From assembly GCA_964016885.1 (NCBI GenBank), contig OZ024741.1, positions 145,948,001 to 146,012,000 of the forward strand: DNA of 64,000 nucleotides, given 5' to 3'. This DNA comes from Eledone cirrhosa. Lineage: Eukaryota. Within the stretch, counting starts at the first letter, position 1. Each line of letters begins with the position of its first letter. The notes under the pieces are model-generated. The model made no database searches, had not been told where the DNA came from, and saw only the letters and a program-made list of their open reading frames with translations. The position numbers were made by a program, and so were the translations under genes. This document shows, piece by piece, positions 13,467 through 26,891 of this stretch.

Positions 13467-13712
13467 GTATAAACAGCATTATAGAATCATAAGATATAAA
13501 AAAGTGCATCATATGGAAACTAACACAAACACACCACACTCATTCACATATACATATGCATGCACATACACAATATGAACATTCTTCCACAGATTTAGAA
13601 TGAAGCCAGAATGAATAATTTAAGCTACATCTAATAGTATTCTAGAAAAACAATAGCTTTCTACAGTAATGAATATGTAAGAAAGATGGTTGCATAGAAA
13701 ATTAAATGTATA

Positions 13713-13724
13713 TTTTTGTCTCTG

Positions 13725-13780
<56 letters not shown>

Positions 13781-13826
13781 CAGAGACAAAAATATATATA
13801 TATATATATATATATTTTTGTCTCTG

Positions 13827-13862
<36 letters not shown>

Positions 13863-13895
13863 CAGAGACAAAAATATATATATATATATATATAT
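13713..13895. repeat. Alternating inverted 16-bp units separated by (TA)n
   Basis: TTTTTGTCTCTGTTCA at 13713 and 13815; its reverse complement TGAACAGAGACAAAAA at 13777 and 13859. Confidence 0.95.
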
Positions 13896-15129
13896 TTGTG
13901 TGTGTGTATGTGTGCGTTTGCATGTGTGGGTGTGTATTTCTGTGTGTTTATAATTATACGTATGCATGTATATATATATATATATATATTTGCATATAGA
14001 TATATATGCACAGACGCACATGTATACAGGCACACACATGTATATGTATATGTATGCATGTATGTATGTGAGTTTGTGTGCCTGCATGTGTGTAAAAAAA
14101 GTTAAAATGCGTTTAAATGACTGAAATTTGCTGCTGGTGATGATGATGAGGAGGAGGAAAATGAAGAGGTAGATGAGGACAGTTGGGAAGTAGTAGAGGC
14201 ATGTAAAAGAAAAAGGAAAAATATAATTTATATTTTAACACAGCATGTAAAAGAAAAATATGGTGGTTGTATTCATGGTTAGTGAGGTGGGTGGTACATT
14301 GATCTGTACTAAAAATTATCTGGCAAATGAGTGTAGAAAGTTCCAAACAAAAATGAATAAATAAAATAGAATAAAATAAATAAATGCAAGACTCAATCCA
14401 TTTCTATGTAATAGAAGGAATTGTTGTGCCAAATCAACTTCCATTCAGGTTCGGCAAGTAATTCTGAAAATACTTAAAATATTCTACGTGAGCAATGTTT
14501 TACAGTTTGTTTATTTTTTAATTTTTGTTTTTTGTTTGTTTGTTTTTATATCTTTTATAACTGCAGTTTCATGTTGTCATAAATTTGGGAGGAAACAGTT
14601 TGTACAAGATTCTAAATAGATTCTGTTTATAGTTATTAATTATTTCTAAACACTCTTGGCAAATTATGCACATCAATGTTATCTTACAATCTTTATGTTG
14701 TGTGTTCCTATTTTATTATTATTTTTTTTATTGCGAAATCTTCTACAGAACAGTAACTAAGACAGCAAATAAGCTGGAAATGAAATTAGAAATAGACAAA
14801 AAAAAAACATTATAGAATTTATATATCATTCTTTGCAAAATATTCGAGATATTATAGTTAAGAAACCATTTTGCATGTGTCTCCATGTGTGAATTTACCA
14901 AAGTCTAATGAGAAACAATGAATATGAAATATTTTCACAAATTATATAAAAGCTGGCCACTGGAAACTCAGAAATTACATAAACTATCAGATGGAAACAA
15001 TATATAAATAAAGAATATTTGTTATGTGGAAGAAAACAATATCTACTTGTTAAATAATAAATATTTATGTAGAAAACAACAGATAGAAGATTTAAGATAA
15101 TTCTGAGGTAGATATAATTTGCAGTTTTT

Positions 15130-15262
15130 GAATTTGAACCCTTGCTATGAAAAGAATAAAGTGTGAACAAAATTTCAACTAACTCCCCTGTACACAAAAC
15201 AAAACCCCATGAGCTTATCTTTATGTCTTGCAGAGATTATTGTCTCTTCATCAGAGGGTAAC
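15130..15262 (-). repeat. Dispersed repeat with hammerhead-like CTGATGA; second copy at 25675-25785
   Basis: Both copies share GAAAAGAAT.AAGTGT.AACAA.TTTCAA...CCCTGTACA...GAGA.TATTGTCT. Confidence 0.5.
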
Positions 15263-16258
15263 TTACTACATGATTCAAGCAGAGTATAGATTATAACTGA
15301 AAGGGTGAGTCTAAATTGTATCGCATGCATTCATTCAATACCATAATTAATTAAATATTAAATATTTATGCAGATTACAGCATATTTGAGAATATTTAAA
15401 GTATATTTTATAGTTATATTCATAACATTTTAATTAGAAGCTTTGCTGTAAAATGAAGTGTCAATACACTTTCAACTTTTCTCCCTGCATACAAATACAC
15501 ATTAGATTATTTTTCCACATTTCAGAAATGATTGTCTCCTCATCAAAAGATTGGGTATTTATTTATTGTAAACAGTGTGGAGATACCAGCTGATTTGTAG
15601 AATCTAGAGCATATATATTTTTTGTTCATTATCACTATTCATAGTTTGTGTAAAATGTAATAATTTTTTTCTGTATTTTAATTCCTTATTTTAATTATAA
15701 ATTAATTAACTATCTGAAAGAGATCATTCTTTTTGAGAATTAATCTTGCAGTTATACACTCTAGGTGTAGCATGTGTTTGAAGCATATGTTTTCTTGATT
15801 TCAACTTATTTCATTTTATCAGCTCCAATATAACCAAAATCGCTGGAAATAGAGTTAATCTCTGGATGTTAATGCTTGTAAGTAGCAGAAACAATAATTC
15901 CAGGACCAGTCTGCTTGCTGAGTTTGAATGATTAGAGAAATGTTCACACTTGACAACTGTATGTATGTATGAGTAATACAAGGGATGAAGTAGAACAAAA
16001 GTGTTTGTGAGTAGTTTAATGTCATGCAATCATAATGCTGTTTTGTACTTTTCAAGAATGTCTTGCTAATGTGGTTTAATGTGGTACAATACATTTTTTT
16101 GTAGGCAATATTCTTCACCCAGTATAGCTTCTATTAGATTATTGTAGAAGACATACCTAAGAAGTGAGTATTGATCCTTCACTTAACTCTCTTGAATAGG
16201 GCAGTAGTACAAGGAATAGTTAGTGTAGAACAAATAAAGCTTTAAAGAGTTAACTGAT

Positions 16259-16501
16259 TTAACTCTTGATACCAAACCAACTGAAATTACCCCAGATTTT
16301 ATGATATAAAACTATTTTAAAGTGTTTATATTTATGTAAAAACTTTCCATCATAATTTTATGTAAGAACATGTTATGCTCCCAAACCATATTTTTACTGA
16401 TAAAGTTATATTACTAAATCCCTCCAAAATCTTTATTTTCAAAATGATTTAAAATTCAAAAGCAGTAACTTTCATTAGAAATATGGAAACAAAAGGGTTA
16501 A
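16259..16501 (+). mobile_element. piggyBac-type MITE (family P2)
   Basis: TTAA-bounded, ending AAAGGG-TTAA. A reverse-oriented relative lies at 18573-18817, with fragments near 11985-12180, 17725-17850 and 19805-19970. Confidence 0.55.
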
Positions 16502-17204
16502 AGTATCAGAATATTCATGGGAAATGGTTGTTTGTGAAATAGGGGAGATGATAGTTGAGTTGCCTTGATTAGGCAGTATTTAGTTAATCTCTTATGAACA
16601 TAAACAGTGTTGGTTGGATAAAGATTGTGTTTAGAGTGAGAACGGCAGTAATTGATACTAATCATTCTTTATAATGATTTTTGATTTATAACATCATGTG
16701 GAGACAAGCACAAATGATAGTTGGATTACAGCAATTTGACAGATTTGAATATTATCATTTTGGTTTAAATTTCCAAATTTTATTTTTTCTCATAACAAAT
16801 TTATGAATGAATTTGTTTTTTAACTCTTGATATCTTGTAATGATTTAGCAGAAAATATTAAAAAATTTGGGCTTTTTAATTTAAATATTTGTAATAGCTT
16901 TAATAGTTACAGATCATTGTGAAAATGTGCAATATTAGATTAAAGACTTTAATTTTTAATGTAATGCAACTGCACCGCTGTTTTATACTTTCCATAAATG
17001 TCATGCTAATACAGTTTCATGCAATACAGGACATTAAGATTTAAACACAGAAACATACAAGTACTATATACAAGGAATCCTACAAATAAGAAAAGTAGAA
17101 AGAAATATGTAGCCAAGAAAAATTCTATATAAGCACATATATTATAAAAATATATGAGGTATAACAAACTAACAATGGAATTGTGAGTCAGACGTTTTAT
17201 ATAA

Positions 17205-17350
17205 GCTTGTGGGGAAATTTTGGCAGAGGTGGTGAGGGCTCAACTTCACAAAAAAGATGATAAATGAAAACTTCAAGTAGAGGGTGGCTGTGTTGGAAAG
17301 GACCTGTTTAACCTATGCAAGCATGAAAAATTAGGCATGAGATGTTGATT
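17205..17350 (+). mobile_element. RTE LINE 3'-end remnant
   Basis: GCAGAGGTGGTGAG...GGACC...GCAAGCATGAAAAA matches 31050-31170 and the reverse complement of 37590-37720. Confidence 0.6.
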
Positions 17351-18321
17351 ATACTATTATTTTGACAAATCACATATATCTGATTACCAAATAAACAAGA
17401 ATGACAAGCAATTGCCTATTCCAATATCATAATTGATATCAGACAACCAGACAAGTGGTACATGGTTCATAATATAACTTTGATGGTGAGTGCACCTGTG
17501 GTTAAAAGAGCTCTCAAATACATATTCCACCTAATTCCAAGTAAATACTGTGAATAATATAATTTACTGCTGTAAACAACAGCAGCAGCAGTGGTAGCCT
17601 GGAAGTGATACACTGATTTAACTTGCAGTGATATTTCATGGGAAAAGCAATATTTGATAAGCCAAAGTTCTTGATTCCCATCTGCTAAATGCTTAATATT
17701 CTGTAAGGATTTAGCAGAAAATGTTTAGCCTTTCCATTACCATATTCCTAATGAAAACCATTGCCGTTTCAAATAATTTTGAAACCAAACAAGAATTTGG
17801 AAGGGCTGAAAAAGGTTTTGCTAATTCAAATGTTTAAAGTACCTAGATTGTTGTGAAGATTAGCAGTATCAGATTAAAGACTTTAGTGTGATGGAACAAT
17901 AGAACAACCCTTTAGGTCCTGGGGATTTTAACAAAGAAAAGATATTACAGTTGCATGGCTAATGTTTAACAAAGTATCCAACAGTAAAAAACAATTTTGT
18001 AAAAAAGACAAAAGGTTTTGCATTCATGTCAGCTCAGAAACGTAGCTGGAACACATAAATGACTGATTAGAGAAAATGAGAAAAGCAAAGCTACACAAAG
18101 AATTGTTTATAATGGTGATAGAGAGGTTGTGGATTTTTAAAGCATAATTATGATGGAAATATAAACACTTTAAAAAAATCAATTTATTAGGATAGGACAA
18201 GTGGCAGTTTCATTTGGTTTAGTATCAAAACGGTAAAAATGATTCAACATAACTTTGGACCATGTTTGTTCTTCCTGTCTACTTTTGGATTTAGCTGAAG
18301 AATTACACATGTCATCCTTAA

Positions 18322-18529
18322 CACTTTAGCATTTACATTAGTCTATATTTACTATTGTAATTCCATGGTAAAGGCTTTATCTGACATAATATAGAATCTA
18401 TGAAATTTTGATATTATTTATTTTGAGAACAATACCTTAACATCAGTATTAGCAGCTAGTTATAGCCAGTTTGAACAGAAAGAGGTGTGATAATTCTGGC
18501 CAGATATGCCTGGTTAAAATGCTAAAGGA
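18322..18529 (+). mobile_element. piggyBac-type MITE (family P1)
   Basis: TTAA|CACTTTAGCATTT...AAATGCTAAAGGA|TTAA. The body is similar to 32559-32781. Confidence 0.8.
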
Positions 18530-18572
18530 TTAAAGTCAAATCATAAGTAACTCATGGCCAGGCCCCTAGCCT

Positions 18573-18817
18573 TGAACCATTTTGATACTATATTTTTAAT
18601 GAAAGACAGAGCCTTTAATTTCCAAATAGTTTTGAAAATATAAATAATATTCTCATTATTAATCTGGTGTTGGAAACATAATGTAACAAAAGTTCTTACA
18701 TAAAATTTTGATGGAAGGATTTCAAATAAAAATATACACTTTAAATACTTTAAAATAAACAGTTTTGTAAGGTTTAAATAGGACCTGTTTGATGTCGTTT
18801 GGTATCAAGAGGGTTAC
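18573..18817 (-). mobile_element. piggyBac-type MITE (family P2), reverse orientation
   Basis: Ends TTTGGTATCAAGAGGGTTA, the reverse complement of the start of 16259-16501. Confidence 0.5.
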
Positions 18818-20079
18818 AGGTAATGTTAAACATGTGGCTGCAGAGGAAGAAAAAGACAAAGAAGAAGAAGGCAAAGAAGACGTAGGCAAAGAAGAAAAAG
18901 AAGTCAAAGAAGAAAAAGAAGGCAAAGAGGAAGGAAAAGGCAAATAAGGAAGAGGCAAAGAGCTGCTGGGTCTCAGCTATCTTTGAGCCCACCTAAAGCA
19001 CACTCCCAGAACCAATAAGGTTATTTGAGGCCCCTTTACATGCTTTGTCAGAAAGCAAAAATCAGCTATATAATGAGGTTTACTTGCAAACATTGAAATC
19101 TTAATATTTTTTGAGAGGGTTATGATGATGCAAATATGACATCAATCTTCTAGTGCTTGATATATGACAAAATTTTGTTCAATTCCGTTATTTTTGGCAT
19201 AAGTAATTAGCTTGCAATGAGATATGGAGTAATAAATAAAACTAATTGCTTCACTGTCACTAGAATATTAATATTTACACTGATTTAAATATTGATATGA
19301 AAATACATCTATTTTCATTTAAATTCTCATTTCTCTATTTAAATTTGTTTTCTTTGATATGATGATATTATTAAACCATTAATATTCAATATCTTTACTT
19401 CTGTTTAAATGCTGGTACAACTTTATAAAAATGTTTAGTTTATTTATATTTTGCTAAAAGTAGAGCTGGTGTTTTAGTATTCACCTTTCACAGTTAAAAC
19501 ACATCGAATATTAACAATTTCATTATTGAATTCCAGTTATTAAAACACTAGGTGTTGGGAAAATTATTCCAGGATAAATAAACAAAATTATTTTACAAAA
19601 CAGTTCTGTCAAATTTCAACAAGTAGCATAGGGTTATATGGAAATTTGGTATAGAATGTGAGTGTAGAGAATACAAGCAACTGTGGAATAAGGAGCTGAG
19701 TGAAAGATGTTTGTAAGTGTATTCATAAAAAGAAAATTGATTTTGTAGCTAATATATTGGTACACTTGTGAATGGGGGTTGATACATATAGGCTTAAACA
19801 TTTTGTTACATTAATTCTAACGAAACACTAATATATTCACTTAACTTTGAAAATAATGAAGAATTTGAAGATTTTAATAAAATAAGCAACTTCTCTATTG
19901 TTAAGCTAGTGTATGGAGAACTCCGCAAAAAGTTCTTACATAAATTTTGGGTGGAAATTTTGGTGGGCGATATAGGAGTTTGAGTATGAAGAAGGTATTT
20001 CAACATATGTGACTTGAAAAAATAACCAAAAGGGCCACATTCGTAGATTAAGTATAAATATCCATTCAAACAAAGAATA

Positions 20080-22135
20080 TTTTTGGTATTTTCTATAGTA
20101 TTGAGAAGGGTTATTAACATTCAAATAGTTCCTTGGACAAAATAACATTTTTTTTTCGGATATAAATCAGATAAGAAAATACCAAGAACAACTTTGCCAG
20201 TAAACTTAAGAAGTGACGTCAGGATAAAATCGCCAACGCTTCCATCACCAAGAGATCACACATAAAATTGACAGAGGTAATGACCTCTAAGAACTCAGGC
20301 AAAAGATTGTAGAAAAGGAGGTGCAAACAACAATGCCAGACAAAATATCAGAATCACAAGATGGAACCTATTCGCAGCTCAATATGCATGTTCATATAAA
20401 CAGACCACTTGAAGTTGTTGGATGTATTGATTGCCAAGTGATTGTAACATTTGTGTGTTCTCCTATTTGTGGATTATTGAAAATGGACTTTGAGCAAAAA
20501 TATAATTTGGTGAACGAAAATGTTGTTATCTAATGTTCCTATTATTTTCTCAGCACATCATTGTAAGATTTCTAAACACCCATATGTCTCTATTTAAGAA
20601 ACATTGTCATCAATACAGTATTTATTACCTATGTGTTATATGAAGCCATTCACACTTAAAGTATCATTTATATCCCAAGCTTGCTGACCAGAAAAAAACA
20701 AAAACATTGTCATATTTCTTACAACTTAAGACCTCATTTTAAAGAAGAAAAACGTTATTCTTCTTCTTTCCTGAGACATTCTAACCACATATCTATAGTA
20801 ACGGAGCTATGATCTCTCAATTTAGAGATGTAGCGGCTCTATCTGGTGTGACTCTCTGATCTATGAGCTATGCACTTTATCAAGTAATGTTACTCCAAAG
20901 TCGCTTCAGAGAAACCTCATTTCAGCCACTTGCATTCATCATTTTATTTTGGTCGTTACCCAAGATTCATGATCATAAGTAAGGGTTGGCATGAATACTG
21001 AATACAAGTTTGGCTTTTACACCTATCTCCCCTCTGATTTCCTTTGTGACATATTTGCTAAACTAAATACTTTCAATTATTGCAAGGAAAGCAAAAAATG
21101 CTTGTCAGCTGTAAATCGTCCATCAGTGCCTTCATTTCTAAATTAACGTTATATAAAATGAACATTTCAAGACACAATCCCACTAATTTCAACAATTGAA
21201 TAGCTTGAAGGAGGAATTCGTTGATGAAGATGTCATTACATATTGCAATTATTTTCAATCATTGCATCACATGGTAAAGTAATTTAAGGATATTATCGCA
21301 TTGCCTGTTTCAGTTTGCTATATAACAACCCATTTGAAGTCCAAGTAATCGATTGTGAAGACTATGTGCAGGAAGAATTGATAGATTTACAAAATGACAA
21401 TGATGTCTCAATGCAGTATCAGCTTCATAGTAAACAAAGCTTGTGGTATTATCAAAGTATAATGACATCTTATCCCAATCTATGGAAACACTTAAAGTTG
21501 AATTTGCTTGCCTTCCCAACGTCCTACTTCGTAGAAGCTAGCTTCAGCCACATTAATAACATGTTATCTGAAAGTAAATGTAGGCTGTGGATAGAACCAA
21601 GTGAGGTGACACGTGGTTAAAGATTACTAATTTTAAGCACAATGTGTTTGCACTAGCAGATACAGTGGTCGTATTAATGATATATGGTATGTGTGTGTCA
21701 AAATATTCGATGCTACTACTTTTTATATTACTTTCAATAACGAATCTTGTAATGCAAAAATTATTCATTTTTCTTGTTTTTAAGAATCAAAAACATTGGT
21801 ACTGGTTTATTACTGGTTCGTAAACTGACTTTTTATGAGGGTTATACTTTTTATTTTTCAGAATAGCCTATCAGAAAATCTGTGCTTCTCGAATTTATGC
21901 TTTCAAATATTTATTATAGAGGTGGGCAGTGGAAGCGTTTTCCACGTGAAAATGGGCAAGATTCTTTATTGAAAGTAATGTAAAAAGTAGTAGCATAAAA
22001 TATTTTGGCACACACATACCATTTTTATATATCATTAATACAACCACTGTATCTGGTGCAATGCAGCAAGTGCAAACACATTGTGCTTAAAATTAGTCAT
22101 CTTTAACCACATGCAAAAAAAGTTGGGTACTGCTG
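20080..22135 (+). mobile_element. Degenerate hAT (Buster/Charlie-type) transposon, interrupted by an RTE fragment
   Basis: 21040-21660 translates to FLCDIFAKLN...LQGK...NPF...QEELIDLQND...YPNLWKHLKLNLLAFPTSYFVEASFS (hAT C-terminal dimerisation domain). The right end GTTGGGTACTGCTG is followed by ATCTAGGT, a Charlie-type target. The left boundary is uncertain. Confidence 0.7.
20760..21020 (-). mobile_element. RTE-clade LINE 3' fragment (Rex3/Expander-like)
   Basis: Minus strand translates to FMPTLTYDHESWVTT...MQVAEMRFL...GVTLLDKVHSS*IRES..IEPL...IERS*LRYY.YVVRMSQER. Confidence 0.7.
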
Positions 22136-23606
22136 ATCTAGGTTATGATTACCATTTTGCTGATGATAATAAAGTTGAAGATATTTAATTCATAAGGGAG
22201 AGGAAATTATAATGTTGTGCTAATTGTACTCACTATTATTTGCAGGAGTAGACAGCTTCAAAATATTATTCACAAAATATTTTGTATAATAATCAGAAAG
22301 CAAAAATAAATATTAAAAAATGAGAATAAAGGGAAGGGGTGGAAGGAATAGAGTATACACTTCTGTCTAGGTGATATATCTCAGCAGTACCAAGTAGACA
22401 CGTTAATGAAAGCGTTGTCATGAAAAAACAACCAATAACACCCCTACAACAGCCAATCTATCTGATGGGTTTCCTTTTTCAGATGAGATGCACTCCTGGT
22501 TTTGCAAAGAAAAATAGCAGTTTGGCTAAGACTTGCATAATAGATTAGACGAAAGGAAAGATGTTTCATGATTGAGAACTTTCAAGAATTTGGAGTCGGT
22601 GAAATATGTATGTATTCCTCTTCACCCACACAAAAAAAGAAAGAAAACCTTAATAAAATCAAATCATAGAAGAGGACAAGCTCCTGCAAAGAATTGATTT
22701 ATCTGACTGAGTGAGTTTCTACAACCATATAAATAATATAAATGCATAAGAAATCAAATTTGCTCATTGGTAGAATAACAACAGATATACCAATCAATAA
22801 ATATATCATAAGAGTACAATAAAATGAATATAAATAATAACAAATATATAGTAACAAACTGATGCAGAAGTAGTAACAACAATTTTGTAAACATACACAT
22901 GTTCTATTTTAGACTTCAAGTTCATGATTTTCACATCAAGTTGATACTTTCTCTTAAGTAGATAGTTTGCCTTTTGCAAAGAGATATAAGACTTATCAAA
23001 GAGATACAAACTAATACAAAAAGAAAAATGGTTTAATTGCAAAATGGATTTAAAAGAGAAACCCTCTGATGATGAGAGAGATAAATAAATATAGCCTTGA
23101 TCAATGAATCAGAAAAGAATTGAAACAAATCAAGAATAATCAAAGAAAACAACAAAAAAAGAACAAAACAAAACAGTAATACTTGTGAAAGTATCAATAG
23201 TTGATATAGAATCTCGATAACATAAAATGATGTATGGATTATTATAATATTATATGGATGTTTGATTTAAGAATAAGCAATTTAATTATATTTGCAAATA
23301 TTTTTGACCTTTTCTTGTTTAAAGGGTCATTGAAACAGGCTCTTTCAGGCTGAAGGTTATTTGTCATTGAGTTGAGTAAAACTAATATATCCAGATGAAG
23401 ATGGGGATGCTAAGAAGAAGGAATCAGAGAAGGAGAAGGAGAGTAAGTAAAAGGGAAGGTTAAATTCTCAGCTTCTGTAACAATTCATTAAATTCACTAG
23501 ACTGAAACAATTTTAAAGAGGCCAGAAATTCATCGAAGATATCAGGGAAAAAGTAAACAAGAAATGTTTTAAATTTATAATGTAAATAACCCAATGTGTT
23601 TGCTCA

Positions 23607-23608
<2 letters not shown>

Positions 23609-23668
<60 letters not shown>

Positions 23669-23700
23669 TACATATAAATATATATATATATGTGTGTGTA
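23609..23700. repeat. (TA)n/(CA)n microsatellite
   Basis: Direct reading. Confidence 0.95.
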
Positions 23701-23702
23701 TA

Positions 23703-24698
23703 CGAGGGGGCTTCAAAATGTTCGTGGAAAAAGAACATAGCTAAATATCACATGCAGGGATTTTGATCTCAATGCACCTCTACGTTTTTGTACTATCGTG
23801 TCATAGCATGTTCTAACAGGAACCCTTAAATGCATATTGCAACACAGCACCACCAGTTGGAAATCAGCACTCACTCGAACAACATTGCCTTCATCAAAAT
23901 TGAGGTCAGGTAAAACATCAAATTCATAGTGAAGCTAGGGTGGAAGAGCACCCAAATCGTTAACGTTCTGGAGCAAGATTATGGGGACAATAACCGACCA
24001 AAAAATCAACAACCTACAAATGGATAAGTCGTTTTAAAAGTAGAAGAGATTAGGTTGAAGATGATTCGCGCAGTGGCAGGCTGTCCATGTCAGTATGTGT
24101 GGAAAATATTGATGCTGTTTGCAATCTCAATGAAAAGAATAAGTGAATAATCACTGATTCAGTAGCCACTACATTCAACATCTCTGTGGGTTCTATACAT
24201 GCAATTTTGGTGGGGAGTTGGACAGAGAATGTTTTCCACTTGATGTGTCCCAAAGCTGTTGCATCCAGATCAGTAGCAAACAAGGGCAGATCTTTCAATA
24301 TAAATGTTGAACAAGTAGGATGAAGACCCTGAAGATTTTCTACAGAGAGTTGTTACCAGGGATGAAACAGGGCTCTAGCAGTATGATCCCAAGGTCAAAA
24401 CTTAATCGAAGCAGTGGCTGCCCAGTGGTGGAAGTGGGTCAGTCAAGGCAAAGTCAAAGCATTCAAGAGTGAAAGTTATGGCCACAGTCTTTTGGAATGC
24501 TGAGGCGATTTTGCTGTTTGACTTCCTCGAGAACAAGATAACAATTACAGCTGCATATTATGAAGGCATTCTGAGAAAACTGACAAAAAAATCATGGAAA
24601 AATGCTCGGGGAAGCTGCATTGGTGCATCCGCTTCACCCATGACAATGTGCCCACTCACAGTGCTCAGCAGACACAAGCTGTTTTACACGAATTTCAT
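23703..24698 (+). mobile_element. Hsmar2-like mariner (irritans subfamily), 3'-truncated transposase pseudogene
   Basis: Left TIR TA|CGAGGGGGCTTCAAAATGTTCGTGGAAAA. Translation with lesions: IKFIVKLGWK...YKWISRFK...VEDDSRSGR...FLQRVVTRDET...YDP...SKQWLPSGGSGSVKAK...KVMATVFWNAEAILLFDFLE...TITAAYYEGILRKL...HDNVPTHSAQQTQAVLHEF. Confidence 0.9.
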
Positions 24699-24809
24699 CT
24701 TGCCTCTAAATGGGACAAACCCGTCTAATCCCTGCTAGCGTGCAAGATGTATGTTAAACTATGATGATGATAATATATTATATATTGAAAAATATATATA
24801 TGCATACAT

Positions 24810-25275
24810 ATGGTGGCTGCCAACTCGTTTTCGAGTACGGCCACTACTTTATATCCATGTAGGAGAACCCCTACTGATGCGCTGAACGAGTGTGACTTTT
24901 TAGTCCAGCCAGCGACTTGAAAACTCTGGTACAAACACTACACTTGTGACAATTATTGACACATAGTGCTGGGCACATGGTACCATGTGACGACAAGTGC
25001 AGAGAGATCTCCAGATATAAAGCAATGCCTGTGCCGTGAAGCTTTTATAGTGAGCAAAGGCACTGCACAAAGCCAGTCCCACTCTCTTCACCAACATGAT
25101 ATTTACCAAAAAGAAGAACAAGTCAACATCATTGGATACCACCAGAGTTGCAGGTGTTATATCAGAGTTTTCCTTCTCCTAGAATTCTGCCTTGACAAAG
25201 GCTAAGGGGTCATCTCTCCCGGTGATTTTGGATGGCCATTGACTCTTAAGAGCTCCTTTGCTCTTTGACAGGTTT
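24810..25275 (-). mobile_element. Probable retroelement UTR-derived repeat between TA-rich tracts
   Basis: GC-richer island. The minus strand contains CTAGGAGAAGGAAAACTCTGAT, which I recall from RTE-type 5' regions. Not verified. Confidence 0.3.
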
Positions 25276-25542
25276 TGTTTATATATATATATATGCATAC
25301 ATATATATATATATACACACACACATGAATGTATATATATAATCTTATAATGAAACGAGACGTCCGTCTGGGAAGAGATATATTCGATATGTCTCATATG
25401 AAATAATACAGCCAATTTTCCACACAATACATTTAGTTAGCATCCCGAATGCTTAATTAGGAATATACTCACTTATTTCCTAATGTTTGTTGAGTGAGTT
25501 TGAATTTGGCCGGAGTATTGCTAAAAGCTTTCTACGATAATG

Positions 25543-25595
<53 letters not shown>

Positions 25596-26700
25596 TAAAT
25601 ATTGAAGTTAGAACACAACATATAATAGATGATTTAATGTACATCTATAGTAGATATGCATATATAACTATAGTATTTGAATTAGAAACCTTGTGAAAAG
25701 AATGAAGTGTAAACAATTTCAATGATTCCCTGTACATAGAAATGCATAAAAGTAATCTCTGAGACTATTGTCTTCTCACTAGAACACAGCTATTGTTAAG
25801 GTTCTGTCTATAGAGATATCTTAGTCTAGCATCACATTATATATATTGAGCAGGTTGTAGAATAGAGCTGAAATTATCATTGCATGATGTACATTGTGAA
25901 GCAAACTTCTTAAACTCTAGCCGTATCAAAAGACAAAAAGAAATGGATAGAAATCAAAATAACACCTGATCTAGCTCTGATATGTCAATTATACATATAA
26001 TTTTATATAAAAATCAATTAAGGAGACTCGACTCACACCACTGATGTAAATGAGCTTTTACATAAATAGTTGAATTAAACCAATGATTGATAAAATTAGT
26101 TGTAAAAGAAAAAGGTTCTATTTTCAGACAAAAAGCCTCATCATCAATTTTAAGAAAAGCAAACCAACCAGCTGCTTCTATGATTTTAAATCAATAGGGT
26201 AACTAATGTAAGAGGTAGTGTGGCAGTAAAAACCAAAACTATTAGACTAACAATAGAAACAACAACACCAACAACACTAACAAGAGAAACATCATATGGA
26301 TAGAAACAAAATAGATTTTATAGAAATATTCGATAAATAATAAGTGAAAAACCAAAGTAAATATTTAGAATTTTAAAAAGTAAATACTCAGACTCTTAAT
26401 GAAAACGTTACAAAGAATATAAATAATTCTGTTTGTCAACACAACAACAAATATAATAACTTAAAGATGAAATCATTTTATTTCTAACAGCTTAATGGAG
26501 AAAGGAAATGAGAAAACGAGAAAAGAAAAACCCATTAATTTACATAAAGTTTCTACACTAACATCAATTGTTTTTATTTATATACTCCTGAATGACTAAT
26601 GTAGCTGTTTTGTGAGTTGGTAAATATGTTTTGATTTATATTTATATGTATACATCATACTCATATAATAGCAAATTTTTTTATGTTTGAATACTCAAGT

Positions 26701-26887
26701 AATAATTGTTTCTACTTTAGGCACAAGGCCAGCACATACCCAGTACATTACTGGTACTTTATTTTATCGACCCCGTAAGGATGAAAGGCAAAGTTAACCT
26801 CGGCTGGATTTGAACTCAGACTGTAAAGGGACGTAACTGTCTAGAAAGCATGGCATCCAACCCTCTACCGATACTGCCAATTTGCCG
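26701..26887 (-). mobile_element. Full-length tRNA-headed MetaSINE-like SINE (copy 1 of tandem pair)
   Basis: Minus strand has A-box-like TGGCAGTATCGG, B-box GAGTTCAAATCC, core GCCTTTCATCCTTACGGGGTCGATAAAATAAAGTACC and an (ATT)n tail. Confidence 0.85.
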
Positions 26888-26891
26888 AAGT

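Noticed and set aside
13139-14105. ORFs rich in YI/CV/HT (also 27054-27339, 27947-28376 and 36250-38297)
   Set aside because: These are translations of dinucleotide microsatellites.
18843-18962. Glu/Lys-rich coding exon (EEEKDKEEEGKE...)
   Set aside because: Purine-rich 15/18-bp low-complexity repeat with an in-frame stop and no convincing splice context.
23060-23130. CTGATGA...GAAAC hammerhead candidate (similar case at 24872-24930)
   Set aside because: The full set of stems I-III cannot be formed convincingly.
25335-25550. Helitron-like 5' end (TCTTATAATGAAACGAGACGTCCGTCTG)
   Set aside because: No 3' hairpin/CTRR end or second copy is visible in the window.
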